Source: Okamejei kenojei
Lineage: Eukaryota
NCBI GenBank assembly: GCA_035221665.1
Contig: CM069153.1
Location: forward strand, 32,612,001-32,676,000
Length of the DNA: 64,000 nucleotides
Direction: 5' to 3'
Positions 1 to 12,695 of the stretch are shown one piece after another. Every line of letters begins with the position of its first letter. Within the stretch, counting starts at the first letter, position 1. Position numbers and translations under genes: made by a program. The notes beneath the pieces are model-generated. The model saw nothing but the letters and a program-made list of their open reading frames with translations. It searched no databases and was not told the DNA's origin.

Positions 1-436
1 AGACCCCGGGCAACGGGCACACACCACCCCCCTCCCCTCCCCTCGGGAACGCACGCACACCCACCCACCCACAGGATGCCGAGACACCCACCACCCATAG
101 AGAACACAGCCCAACGACCCACCGCCCACAGAGACCACAGCCCACGGCCCGGGAGGGTGGGTGGAGGTGGATTCCCAGCGGGAACACACTGCACCGGGAT
201 CGCGACTCAGAACCCCCCCCCCCCTCTCCCCACCCCCCTCACCCCCACCCAGCAGCCTGGGAATACCCCACACCCCGGCGCAAACAAACCCGCACCAGAA
301 ACACGCCGGGGGGGGGGGGGGACGAGGGTGAACCACCCCCTGTTGGGAACGTCACCCCTTTCCCCCTGGACCCCGGGAGAGGCGCCCACTCCATCCTCCC
401 CAGACCCTGGCGGCTCCCTCACCGGGATAACACCCT

Positions 437-484
437 CCACCCCCACCCCCACCCCCCACCCCCACCCCACCCCCACCCCCACCC
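437..484. repeat. (CCCCA/CCCCCA)n simple repeat, G-quadruplex potential on the minus strand
   Basis: Read directly from the sequence. Confidence 0.85.
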
Positions 485-860
485 GCACTCCGAGGGCAGC
501 CAGTCCCCTGCACCGAGGTGGGGGCACCTTTTCACGGGCTCTGCCCAGGATAGGACGGGAACAATTCAGGCACCTCCAGACCTCTTCCAATAATTTCCTC
601 CGAGGAATCCCAAACTTTGCCGAGGTGGGATCCCGGAGGAACGGACAGAGCGGGTCAGACCAGGGGGGGTGGGGGGGGGGGGGGGGGGAGCGGGTCAGAC
701 CGGGAGAGGGCTTCCCCTTCCCCGCACGGAGTACACGGTGAGGAAGGAGGGAAGGCTCCAGCATGGGATGAGCCGGGAGCCTGGCAGAGAGTGCGGTGAA
801 AAGTAGTTACAATGGAACTGGGCAACAAAACCCAGCGCTCACGCACCGCCAGCCACTCAC

Positions 861-1130
861 CCGGAGCCGCGTCCCGCAGCAGAATAGTCCTCAACCTGAA
901 CCCGGGCGAACACCAGCTACCCGTATCGGCTCGGCCCGGCCCGGCTCGGCTCGAACCCCGGCCCGGCTGGCAGTCTGTGCCTCCCAGACGCTCCAGGCAG
1001 CAGCGCTCCCTCCGGATCACGGCGCCTCTCCCAGCCGCGATCTCTGGTCCCGGCGAGTTTCAATGCCAACTCTCTGCCACATTATCACCTGGACAACGAG
1101 GAAGCAGCCGGAACTCCCTCCCTCCCTCCC
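861..1130 (-). other. Putative 5' non-coding first exon of an unidentified minus-strand gene
   Basis: Strong minus-strand donor CGG|GTGAGT (plus-strand actcac at 855-860) inside the CpG island, with no long ATG-initiated ORF. The start coordinate is a guess. Confidence 0.4.
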
Positions 1131-2153
1131 TCCCTCCCCCGACACCCGACACCGCTGCCCTTCCCAGCCACATTGGAGCAAACTGCCATCAATCACACAG
1201 CCACCCACTCAAAGAGACGGCAGAGATGTAAACATTCGCACCGCCCCATCCACCGTGTTCTTGTAACAATCATCATCTTCATATATGTCGGCATTGACGT
1301 GTTGTTGTCTCTTTCAGGGCACCGTTTAGCGATTAGATGCGAACTTTAATTTAAGGTACTTTATTTCAGTCTCCGGTTCAGGTCAAGTGGTTGACCCATT
1401 ATGTAAGTTGTGATGTTATGATTTATGAGCTGAATATTTGTTTTTAGTACTCTTTCTTTTGCCTACTTTATTGTCACGCGACATAATGTCTCCTTCCCCA
1501 GCGCCCCCGCATCAGTTTTATCACTGTTCTGTGAAACAATTTAGAACATTTTTACAAATTTAAAAATGCTATGTAATCGATCATAGGGAATACAAATATA
1601 AAATGTTGGGCATGTTCAACAGTTAAGTCCGCATCCGTGGAGCGAGAAACAAAGTTAACCTTTCAGGCATAAAATCCCTTTGTAATTGGAAGCTCGCTTG
1701 CAACTGTGGTACAGCTTGGTCTGGTGCTCGCCGAGTCCCATTCAGCCACTTTCACTGTTCGCTGATCTACATTAGGTACCCGTGTTCACTGAGGTCGATA
1801 GATTTTAACACGTTGAGGGAAAACTTTAGGCTACAGGAAGATGTAGTTGACCCGGTCAGTCGGGCAAACAATTAGCGAATGGAATTTAATCCAAAAATGA
1901 CTAAAGCAATGCATTCGAGAAGGGAATGCAAGGCACCGGGATAGATGGGGGGGTGGTCAGGAGGGCCAGCGTCGCCCCTTTCCCCCTGGCCCCGGGAGAG
2001 GCGCCCACTCCATCCTCCCCAGACCCTGGTGGCTGAAGGTAGTGATTCTCTTTAACAAGCATGTAGATGATGGGCCCAGTGTAATAATGGACTATGTCCA
2101 TCGATCGTTAAGGCAGCAGAACGGATCTTTTAAAAAAGGCATGAAGAATGCTG

Positions 2154-2245
2154 GTAGACAGAAATGCTGGAGAAACGCAGCGGGTGAGGCAGCACATATG
2201 GAACAAAGGAAATAGGCAACTTTTCGGGCTGAAACCCTTCTTCAT
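2154..2245 (-). mobile_element. Penelope-like element terminal fragment with a degenerate hammerhead core
   Basis: Minus strand reads tgaagaagggtttcagcccgaaaagttgcctatttcc. Flanked by atgaagaatgctg (2141-2153) and atgaagattgctg (2248-2260). Confidence 0.7.
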
Positions 2246-2322
2246 TTATGAAGATTGCTGTCCTGCTTCAAACAAAGCATGAACTCTCAAAACAGGGTAA
2301 TACTGCTAAAACTGTATGCAAT

Positions 2323-3011
2323 AGGGAGGTTGCACGGCAGTCAGGTCACGGCCCATGACCCGCACTGTTGCGACGCTACTCCAACTGGAGTACACGCGAT
2401 GAACTGCAGGTGAGCACTGACCATTGCTTCCAGCGTACCGTGCCCGTTAAAACCCGCCGAAATGGTAAATAATTATGGAAATCGGGATAAGCATGAGAGA
2501 CATTTAGCCTACTTCAGAATTCCAAAAGTGAGGCGAAATGACGGTAGATAGAAGCGAGAGCTGAAGGGACAACAACAGCCAAAGTGCTTGGCGAACATTG
2601 GCCGTTTGCTCACTGCATTTCATCAACAGTAAGGCATTATTTGTGTTTTTTCTTGATTCCTTTGGCATCTAAAAAGTTTCCGAAGTGATAAATCTGGCTG
2701 TAAAATTTTAAAATTGCCCGTGGTTCTCAAGTGGGATTTTACATACAAAAAGAAAACGCCTCTGAAGCAAAATGTACAGCCAGATTTATCACTTCTGAGA
2801 CTTTTTAGATACCAAAGTAATCAAGAAAAACACAAATAATGCCTTACTGTTGATGAAATGCAGTGAGCAAATGCGATAACTCCCAATATTTTCAATTTCG
2901 ATATCTGCACGGCCAATGTCCGCCAAGCACTTTAGCTGTTGTTGTCCCGTCAGCTCTCGCTTCTCTTGACCCTCATTTCATTTCACTTTTGGAATTCTAA
3001 AGTTGGGTACA
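2323..3011. mobile_element. Foldback non-autonomous DNA transposon (PIF/ISL2EU-like), one end truncated
   Basis: Starts AT|AGGGAGGTTGCACG and is the reverse complement of the element at 14093-14994. Long internal inverted repeats (~2510-2703 vs ~2774-3003). Confidence 0.75.
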
Positions 3012-3038
3012 GATCTGAAGTTTATCATCCAGATGGTG

Positions 3039-3219
3039 AACAAAAGTGCTGGAGAAACTCAGCGGGTGTGGCAGCATCTATGGAGTGAAGGAAATAGGTA
3101 CCGTTTCGACCCGAAACGTTGACTATTTCCTTCGCACCATAGATGCTGCCGCACCCGCTGAGTTTCTCCAGCACTTTTGTCTAACTTTGATTTTCCAGCA
3201 TCTGCAGTTCCTTCTTAAA
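3039..3219. mobile_element. Penelope-like terminal fragment with inverted duplication (hairpin)
   Basis: caaaagtgctggagaaactcagcggg...gtttcg accc gaaac...cccgctgagtttctccagcacttttg. Perfect 13-bp TSD catccagatggtg at 3026-3038 and 3220-3232. Confidence 0.8.
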
Positions 3220-5075
3220 CATCCAGATGGTGGATCTCACTGCCTGATGCTGAGGGACAGGAACCCATGTCACATTTAATCAGTAAGATGTGGGCTTGAA
3301 AGGTACAACCTGCAGGGCAACAAACCCATTGCTTCAAGGTAGTGATTCTCTTTAACACGCATGTAGGTGATGGGCCCAGTGTAATAATTCCGTGATTCTA
3401 AGAACACGTGGGTGAAATCAGGCTTTTCCCTACTCCTGGAGGTAGTGAGGCAATTATCATGGCCCTGAGCACAGAGAACTGGCTATTTTATTTATCCCTT
3501 CAAAAATGAGCTTGCACTTACAAGCGTAAACTTAATGCACAGAAAAAAATTGTCCATTCACCCCAGCTTTTTATGAGAATAATCCCGAAGTTAATTCATA
3601 ATTGAGTGGATCTGATCATGTTTGTAATAGTTACTTTTGGATGCTGATGCTAACACCACCAGGAGAAATGTTCCACTCGTGGTAAAGGACAACAGACTAA
3701 CTGGAATGGCAATTATTTTTAGTCTAAAATGACTACCCTTGTCACATCACTTCATTCACCATTGTTGGATTAGCAAAGAGCTTTATTATTTTGGGAAAAT
3801 TATTCATCTGAATTGTCACAACTTACTTGAAATTGTGGAGAGAGATTACTTCCCACCTAGCAATATTTCCCACTCCTTCTATATGCTTTTCCTGGTAAAT
3901 AACTGTATCATGTTGAATGCATTGAAAGGTTACAAATGTGTTCCAGATCTCAATATTCTTAATCACCCTGCCCCCTGAGTCAAAAGGTTGTAGATTTAGG
4001 TTGCGCGCCTGTGAATTGATCTCAAAGAGCTTTATACGCTGAAGTAAGGTTAATAAAGTAAGATTCACATACTGCTTTTCAGTGATCTTGCATATTTCCT
4101 TATGTTACATCATCTTGCAATTGGTTGCAGGATAAGTGTAGGTGCATTGGTCAATGCACCTACACTTTTTTTGAAAGATGCCAAGCAATTTCTCATACCC
4201 AATTAAGTAAACACACAAATGATTTAATGTATTGTTTGAAAGATGAACCTTCAGTGTTCTGAATTGGAACCGTCTGTGTTCTGAATTGGAACTTGATCAA
4301 ATAACTCAAAGGATTACTAATTGATATACTAACCTATTAAACTATTAACAGCCTTTCTATTAACCCTTCTGTCCCATTCACCATTACCTGCTTGTGACCA
4401 ATCCATAAATACTGCATCAGGAATTATCCTTATTGCTTGTTATCCTATGTTCTATCAATAATTAAGACAAGAGTACATGGTCCATATTATATGTGAGTTT
4501 TAAGCAAATTCAGGTCAATTTAGTACTTGGACAATAACCTCAGGATATTGGGTAGAACCTGGCTTACCTGCAGAGGAGATGCTTGCCATCACATACGCAA
4601 TCGTAGCACCTTTTGTACAAAGCTTGTTACAATCTCTCAGATGCACTAATGGTACAGCAACCTCAAGAATGACTTTAAACTTTATAGATGAACAGCATTT
4701 GAAATTCAAATCAACCAAGGAACCAAATAGCCAAAAATAATGTTTTACCCTGGTTCAGTTTTGAATAAATGTACGACAGAAAATATTTAATTTTTTTTTT
4801 CCCGGAAACACATCGCAATGTAAAATTACCTCCAGGATAATAATATCAACTGATTTTGCATTACAAGGCAGCCTAGAATTCATAGATGATGAGAGACATG
4901 GAAATGAGAAAGTACAGAGTCAACCATGACAGGTTACTTTCTAAACATGACATTACCATGATCGCAGCAAGTCTGGAGCTGTAATGTTCCACATTCAATC
5001 ATCGCTGGCAAGGATTTTCCTGATTACCCAGAGGTTTCTGCTTAGGGCAGCACCCAGACTGCTCCTTCACCGAGT

Positions 5076-5215
5076 AGAAACATAGAAACATAGAAAAATA
5101 GGTGCAGGAGTAGGCCATTTGCCCTTTGGCCAGCACCACCATTCAATATGATCATGGCTGATCATCTAAAATCAGTACCCGTACCTGTTCTTTTCGCATA
5201 TCCCTTGATTCCTTG
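5076..5215 (-). mobile_element. CR1 LINE (family B) 3' end fragment
   Basis: (catagaaa)n tail followed by aataggtgcaggagtaggccatt, the reverse complement of the 3' UTR at ~63190-63275. Confidence 0.85.
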
Positions 5216-6073
5216 AGTAATTGATCCACCTAATATTGGTAGGAGTCGTATGGCATACCTTTTCTATGGAGGAAAATAAAACTCTTTTGCCTCTTCAGAG
5301 TTACTTCATTCATTTCTTCACATTCTCCTTTTATCTTAGTTAACTGGAATTCCTGGAATGTTTACTTGGATTTAATCCCCACTTCATAACCTTCCAAAAA
5401 CTTCTTCTAAATAACCATTCAAGATGTGCTCTTCCATCCAATCAATTTCACTTTGCTCTTTTTCAATCAATGAACATTTTAATCATTGGTTTCGGAGAAG
5501 TTGATTTATGCTGTAGGCAACATGTTGTTGAATGACCATTATCACAGCATCCAGATTTGTCTTCCTCTTACGTGCTGAGCAGTAAGAATAATACAGATAC
5601 AACACAATTTTGAGTCATAGTTGTACTGCAGAGAAACAGGCCCTTCAGCCCACCATGTCAACATTGTCAGCCATTACTTATCCATACTAATGTTATTTAC
5701 CTGCATTTGGTTCATGATCTTCTATGCTTTAGTGAACTTAATCTGGGTTGTCGGCCAGCAGCACAGTTTTTAAATCTTTAGAATGGGAAGTATATCCGCA
5801 ACAGAGTGGATGGTACATCGAATAATCTACCTCATGACTCAATCCACAAATCATCACCAATCAGGATAAGCTTCACACACCACATCAAGCGGCATCTTCC
5901 ATGGTCTCCCTGATCTTTAAAGCCAAAAATGACATCGCTAGTTTTCACAAAAAAGCTGTTACTCATCATATTCACAATTTTTCCGGTAAATATAGTAAAA
6001 AGATTGTGCATCGGAATGTAACGCCCCTGTAAGTTAGTGTGGCCCCAGCTGGGTAAACTCCAGGGAAGAGTAA

Positions 6074-6429
6074 AGGGCCTGTCCCATGACAATGCGATCT
6101 GCATGTGGCAAACGCGACCAAACTGGAAGCGGGGGCCGCGCGGAGGTCGAATGATCCTCGTACAGGGCTGGTCCCACCAGCATGCGCCTGCTGCTGCTAC
6201 GCTATCGCTGTCGCTGAGTTGGAGCGAAGTCCGGGTAAGTTCGCAAGGACAGAGAGGGACACACAGAGAGTGGAATTTTTGAACACGGTCAGTTTTTGAG
6301 AGCCCCGCGCGATATCGGGACCAGCTCCGCACAACTCCATACGGCTCCGGCGATCGAAGTGGGACCGGTCAAGCGACCACATTAGGTCGCGCTCACCGCA
6401 TGGAGTCGCATGCTGGTGGGACAGGCCCT
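6074..6429. mobile_element. PIF/Harbinger-type MITE
   Basis: TIRs agggcctgtccca (6074) and tgggacaggccct (ending 6429), flanked by TAA/TTA, the TWA-type target typical of Harbinger. Confidence 0.75.
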
Positions 6430-6914
6430 TTACATGCCTGAGATTGTTCTCCTTAAAATAGAGAATGAGGTAAAGGATTTTGGTAGAGGACATGAGAACA
6501 AACGTTTTGCCATTGTTCCATATACCAGAAATGGCAAGCGTGGTAAATTGTGAAAGTAAGGTTTTTTTTAAGTTATTGCGGCCTTATTATTAATATTGGT
6601 TAATAGTTAAATATTATTTATCTTAAATGGCTGAAAGCAAAAAAAATCAGAGTGCTAGAAAACTGTAACAAAAGTAGTGTGAAACAGAAAATCCTGGAAA
6701 CACTCAGCTAGTGAGAGAGCTTCAGTGGAAAAAGAAACAGAGTTAACGTTTCAGGTCAAAGGCCCTTTGTCAGAAAGGCACAAAATACTGAATATCATCT
6801 TAAGGAGATCAGTATCTGAAAGTGATGGCTGGTGTCTCAAGGATAAAAATAAACCAGTGTTGAGCTTCATCCTGGAGGGATTAGCATGGAGAAGATACTT
6901 CATCTCTCTTGGCT

Positions 6915-7905
6915 CTTGATGCTCTTTATTACTCTTACAACAGTGTAGCCAAATATAGCTCTAACTCCATCGACAAGCTTGCAGATGACACCAGTGTGGT
7001 ATGCCGGATAACGAACAATGATGAGACGGAGTACAGGAAGGAGATAAGAGAACTCAGTAATATGGTGTCAGGACAATAACCTCTCCCTAAATGTCAGCAA
7101 GAAGTTGAAGCTAGTTATCTGCAGGGTTGCATCACAGCTTGGTTTGGAACAACTCTGCCCAAGATGACAAGAAATTGCAGAGAGTTGTACATGTGGCCCC
7201 AACCATTAATCAGAGCAGACTTGCCACTAGTGACTCCATCTACACTTCAGGCTGCCTTGGAAAAGCATTCAACGTTATCAAAACCTTTTTGTCAGGGGGT
7301 GGTGAATCTGCGGAATTCATTGCCACAGACGGCCGTGGAGGCCAAATCAATGGATATTTTTTAAACGGAGATTGACAGATTAGTAAGGGTGTCAGGGGTT
7401 ATGGGACAAAGGCAGGAGAATAGGGTTGAGAGGGAAAGATAGATCAGCCATGATTGAACGGCAGAGTAGACTTGATGGGCCAAACAACCTGATTCTGCTC
7501 CTAGAACCTACGAACTTTTGAACTTATGCAAGCCTTGTCCCACCCTGGTTGTTCCTACTTCTCCCTGCTCCTGTTTGGCAGAGGTACAGAAGCTTGAAAG
7601 CACGCATCATCAGACTCAGGAACAGCTTCTTCCCCTCTGTTATCAGTTTACTCAATGGTTCTTCCATAAATTTGGGTAACTGTCCAATTCACCTCTACCC
7701 CATTGTAAACATTGGACTTTATGGAACGGATGAGCTGCAATGCTGAGAACTATATCCTGCACTCTGCATTTTCCCCTTTGCACTACTTATTATACTTCAG
7801 TTTGACAACTGTGCTTATGTGCAGTATATCTGATCTGTTTGTATAACATACAAAACAAAGCATTTCACTGTACCGTGATACACATGGCAATAATAAACCG
7901 AAACT
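6915..7905 (+). mobile_element. Decayed Rex1/Babar-like LINE 3' portion with a nested CR1 3' fragment (~7285-7525)
   Basis: LADDT-type RT remnant (cttgcagatgacacc), LQRVV and RLRNSFFP motifs, and a 3' end tttcactgtacc...atggcaataataaa. Confidence 0.75.
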
Positions 7906-9204
7906 TAATTTGTGGTACATCCTTCAGATTAAAGTAATCCACCCCTTATTGTGTGTTGGGGAATAAATTCCCATTCTGTGTTGGTAAATGAGTTCCTGCT
8001 ATGTGAAAAGGTGAACATTTTCCTCTTAAAATGAATTAAGTGATTGATCTCAATGATCTCAATGGTATAACTACTGCTTTTATAATTACATACCATCCTA
8101 TGTAATTCCTGCATCTTCACATTCTCATCCTCAGGTGGCTTGTATTTCCTTGGTCTCAGTAATCACACTACTTTTGAAATCATTTTTCTAACCCTCCGGT
8201 TACTTTGTTTAAAGTGACGCAGTTCTTTCACATGTCTGTAACAGCATATTTTAACCTTCCCTGCATCACCCCCTGAAGTTTATTCTATTTGAGATTTGTA
8301 CAAGAGTTTTACTTTTTTTTGGCATCCCTTAGTGTGTAACCTATATATCATGAATGTCGAGGATTTATTTTCATTATGCCAGTTGCTCATGAAGGACTAA
8401 TGTGTCTTAAACCACTTGGAAACCTTTCCTTCTATGTGCAGGAACAGCTATTGATTATCTTTAGGAAGCTGATTTTGCTATTATTCCATATGTAATAATA
8501 ATCTATAATTATCGACGACAGCATAATAAAATTACAAATTGCCCCTCCTGATTATTGCATCAAAATTGTTTTTTCTCTCTCTCTCTCTCCCTCCCTCTTA
8601 CCCTCTCTCAACCATCTTATCTTTGTTTGTTTTGTGCTCTCTTCCGCAGAGACACCATCACTTGCCATTAATGTTGCTCCTTTTCCTAATTCCTAACATT
8701 CTAACCAGCCATACCTCCTTCTGTATTCCCTATCAGCCACGGTGCACTAATGTCAACATACCAGCTATAAAACAATTACTGAAGTTAGTCCATATACACT
8801 GTATATTAGCTCACGTTTAGCATTTCATTCTTATTGAACAACTCATCATATTTCCATTTCCTGATGCAATGATTTCCCACTGTCCCCTGATCGAAGGTTG
8901 CCTCCAGCTCAACAAGCTTTTCCACGTGTTAGCCCACTTGCCTTCCTATAAAACTGATTTAAAATGTATTCTTTTCCAGGATCCTGCAAGCTCTAAAAAA
9001 CGGTTTTGCTGCAACCTCATCATAAGTCCTGGACTTAACTACGTTTTCCAACCTTGTTCATGCTCCTCCCATGTTAGCTGTTAGAAGTTAAACACTGAAT
9101 TAAATTATGTTTAACTTCTATTTTCTGTTATCAACTTTTGAATAGTTCACATCCATGAATGTTGACTGCTTTCTCTGCATTAACTCAATCTGAGGAAACT
9201 CAGT

Positions 9205-10123
9205 TCTATACTAAAATAAGCAACTTTGTTGATGATTGTTTGCTGTACCGCCCAATTATGTCAGCTGATGATGAAGATGCTCTCCAAAAAGATCTCGATA
9301 CTATGGTCGAGTGGTCACTACAATGGGGCATGCAGTTCAACCCTTCCAAATGTGAAACCATGCGTGTCACCAGAAAGAGGAATCCAGGCATCACATCTTA
9401 CAACATACTTGGTGCCACCCTTGAAGAATCCAAACAAACCAAGTATCTTGGCATCAATTTGCAGAATGATCTACGTTGGAACGGTCAGACTCTTCATGCA
9501 ACAGTGAAAGCAACAGGTGTCCTAAACTTCCTGAGGCGCAACTTCCATCATTGCTCAGCTTCTGTCAAGGAGAAGCTGTATTTCACCCTCGTTTGAACTC
9601 ATCTGGACTACACAGTTGCAGCTTGGGACCCATACACAGATAAAAACATTTCATCCATCGAACGTGTCCAAAGACAGGCCATTCGATTTGTTACTAACAC
9701 CTACGAGAGAGAAGCGAGTGTCACCAAACTTCTGAATTCTCTGGGGTGGAACCCTCTCCAAGACAGACGTGAAGCTCACCGTTTGACCTGTTTTTACAAA
9801 ATGTTAAATGGTCAGCTAGACATAGATCACAAGACCTACACCAACCCCAAACCAATTAGGAGCAAACGAGGGCATTCGATCCAATTTGTGGTCCCAGCCA
9901 CAAAGACAGATGTGTACAGCAATTCGTTCTTCCCACGCACTATTAAAGCATGGAATAATCTCCACCAAACCACGGTTGCCCAGCCAGATGCAACTAAATT
10001 TAAAGTGGCACTTTCTTCCCAATAACCCTCTCTGGCTAAACCCCTCCCTTCACCACCTCCAGTTTAAATTCCAGTTGGAATATTTTGGAGGACCAAGTAA
10101 CCAAGAACCAAGAACCAAGAACT
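9205..10123 (+). mobile_element. 5'-truncated CR1-group LINE (Crack/Daphne/L2-like), RT C-terminal half
   Basis: FVDDCLLYRPI...LQKDLD...WGMQFNPSKC...KYLGI, then Y.NSFFPRTI.AWN.L. Ends in a (ccaagaa)n tail. Confidence 0.8.
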
Positions 10124-10194
10124 TCTATTTATGCATCTAATCCTGTAAATTCAGGATTTGCGAAACTATTTTTACCACCAAAATGTAATTTGAA

Positions 10195-10350
10195 GTCAGT
10201 GCTGAAAAGCCTGTGCCAGAAAAGAGCAAGTACCACTCTGGGTGATGTTGGTTGATGGATAATTACTAGCCAGGAAACCTGACCTGCTATTCATCAAAAA
10301 AGTGCTTTTGAGTTGTTTAAAGGCTAGAATGGAGAGAGAGCAAGCACAGT
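10195..10350 (-). mobile_element. Ancient Deu-domain SINE remnant (SacSINE1/AmnSINE-like)
   Basis: gatgttggttgatggataattactagccagg...cctgctattc resembles the Deu core consensus, from recalled consensus only. Confidence 0.45.
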
Positions 10351-11575
10351 TAAAAAAAAAATGTACCCAAATAGAACGGGTAGAACATTGTTTACTGGGC
10401 TAAATGTACAATATCAAAACTGAAAGATAGGAGATGGAGATGACCACTCAGCCCTTTGACCTTGCTCCACCATTCAGTAACATATCACAATACCATGTTC
10501 TCATTCCCATTGATGCCTTTCGTGTGCAGAAATCAGCCTATCAAGCTACACCTATCAATCCATATTCAGTGACTTGGCCTCCACCTAATTGATAGGGAAG
10601 ATTCCAGGTTCCCTACCCTCTGTTCTCACACTGTTCACCCGCCCATTTGTTCTAGATACTGAGCCAAGGCGAACCTCCCACTGAATCCATTCAGTGAGAT
10701 CACCGCTCCAAAAGTGGCAACCATGTACTATAAACCACTTCTAAAATTCAGCCTCAAACTTACAGAGGCTAAGATGTTGCAGATGTTAAGATATAACTTC
10801 ACAGAAGACAGCCAAACATGGGACTGAATGGGACTGAATGGGGTGTGAGCTTTCTTATGAATACCTCGGACTGTGAGGGCCAGTATGCCAACAAGACAAC
10901 TTCCAGGTGTGCAATGCTGACCAAGGAATTTCTGAATATGCTATGATCCAGATAAAGTACTACAGAATTTTGCAGCCTTCCAAACTTCAGCTAACGTGCT
11001 TTTTCCATCTGTATCAGGACTGATAATTTCCATTGTAGGTCAATTATCTGTGATATTGGTTCGGTTTGTATGCTCTTTTACTGCTCTGATATCATAGTCT
11101 TTGTCCCATTTTTACTTTCTCCAATTGCCTGTATAAACCCATTCACTGGATGACCTTCTACAGATTATCGCCACAGCAACTTTGATCTCATCCTGTCAAT
11201 GATATTCCCTTTGTCCTATCCTTGCCTCCCCCACATCTGCAACTTAAAATAACTCGCTTTCTCTCCTCCCCAGTGCTTACAAAGTGTCTGCACCCTGAAA
11301 TGTTTTGTTTCGAACTGCTGTGCATTTCATATTTTTTATTTCTGATTTCCAGTAATTGCAGTATTTTGATTTTCATTCCTTGAAATGATGTACCTTTCTG
11401 ATAGAAACTTTGGATGAGGATAGTGAGGTTAAAAAGAGGATATGATTTCAGTGCAGGGAAACCAAGAAACTCTTGGAACAAGCTGCCACAAAAGATGGAG
11501 AGGAAACATAGTATAAATGTCTGCGACATGTTTTTGATCTTTTCTCGTGCTGTTATGTAAGCATTTTCCAGAGCT

Positions 11576-11975
11576 GCCCTATTGCTGCTGAATAGAATTG
11601 CAGTCCATGGACATCTCCACAAAACCTGATGGCCAAGCTGTTTTTCTCCGGGACTCTTTCCATGCCCACTTGTGTTCCTCACTTGCGTTGCCCGATGGTA
11701 TGTCTACGGCGCGGTGGGGCTCAAAGTCAGTCTCGAGCAAGGCCACCAGCTCCATGATGTTAGCCCGCAGAGCAACCAGAGATATGATCCGGAAAACAAC
11801 CACACCTCCGGCAAGGTAAGAGATTGAAAAAAGTTTCCCCCGACCCCCTCCCCCACCCCCCACATAAAACAAACCGGAGAACATTAACACATACTTTTAA
11901 AACACACTAAAAATAACAAAAAAGACAAAAAGACAGACAGACTGTTGGCGAGGCCGCCATCGCTGATGGTGCCAC
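11576..11975 (-). mobile_element. Non-autonomous GC-rich retroelement, 5' part (related to 30933 and 44961)
   Basis: Minus strand: gtggcaccatcagcgatggcggcctcgcc, then a T-rich tract and a G-run, the same layout as the other copies. Confidence 0.55.
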
Positions 11976-12419
11976 ACGTTTCATAGATTGAAATCTATAT
12001 TGTCCTGTCAAGACTCTAAACTCTTTTCAATTTTACACTTCTTTTCTCTGACAATTCATTAATCAATGTTGCCCAGGGTAATTTTAATGGGTTAAAGGTA
12101 TATAAATGCAATCTGTAAGAGGGCGGCCTTGGAAGTATCTGTGAATGAAGGAGAGGTTGGGGACCTTGGATGTTGCACAGTGAGCTAGTAGGGTGTTTAT
12201 TTAAGATCGAGATTCGCTTGAACTGGGGCTCAGTACTTTAGTAAGAGATGGTAAGTCCGTGAGGCCTTGGGTCAAGGAGCAGAGATAGAAGTAAGTTGTT
12301 AAACTAAATCCCCTTTCTGCCTTTGCGGGCTCTCTCTCGTCAGCTCAAGATGAGAGGATGTTTCTTCTTATGGGAGGTCAGAACTAGGAGGCATAGTTTT
12401 AAAACAGGGAGTGATCTTC

Positions 12420-12695
12420 GCCGTGATGGAGCCTCGTGGTGGCAGTGGTGCATCCTCGCGGGTCAACCCGCGATCGTCGGACAATGAGGGCGCAGGGGAG
12501 CCACCGTGAGGGGGGGCGGGGGAAGAACAATGGAGGACCCATACGGTGGTGGGAGAACAAAAGAGGCGGCGATGCGGGGTATTTTATAACTTTGGCAGCG
12601 CCATTTACAGTGTGCGGCGACTATTTACACACCTTGGGTATGCAAGCAAAGAATTTCACTGTTGCTTGTCACATGTGGCAATAAAGTATAACATT
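12420..12695 (+). mobile_element. Non-autonomous element 3' part with a Rex1-type tail, inserted in a decayed CR1
   Basis: Ends aagaatttcactgttgcttgtcacatgtggcaataaa. CR1-like sequence lies on both sides (~12350-12410 and ~12700-12860). Confidence 0.55.

Larger units (their letters stand above)
1..1250. promoter_or_regulatory. CpG-rich/GC-rich island, probable promoter and 5' end of a gene
   Basis: High GC and many retained CpGs compared with the CpG-depleted remainder. ETS-like GGAAG/CCGGAA motifs at ~1099-1114, a GC-box-like CCGCCCC at ~1242, and long G/C runs. Confidence 0.6.

Noticed and set aside
76-1266. Long Pro/Gly-rich ORFs on both strands
   Set aside because: They arise from GC-rich low-complexity CpG-island sequence and have no recognisable domain.
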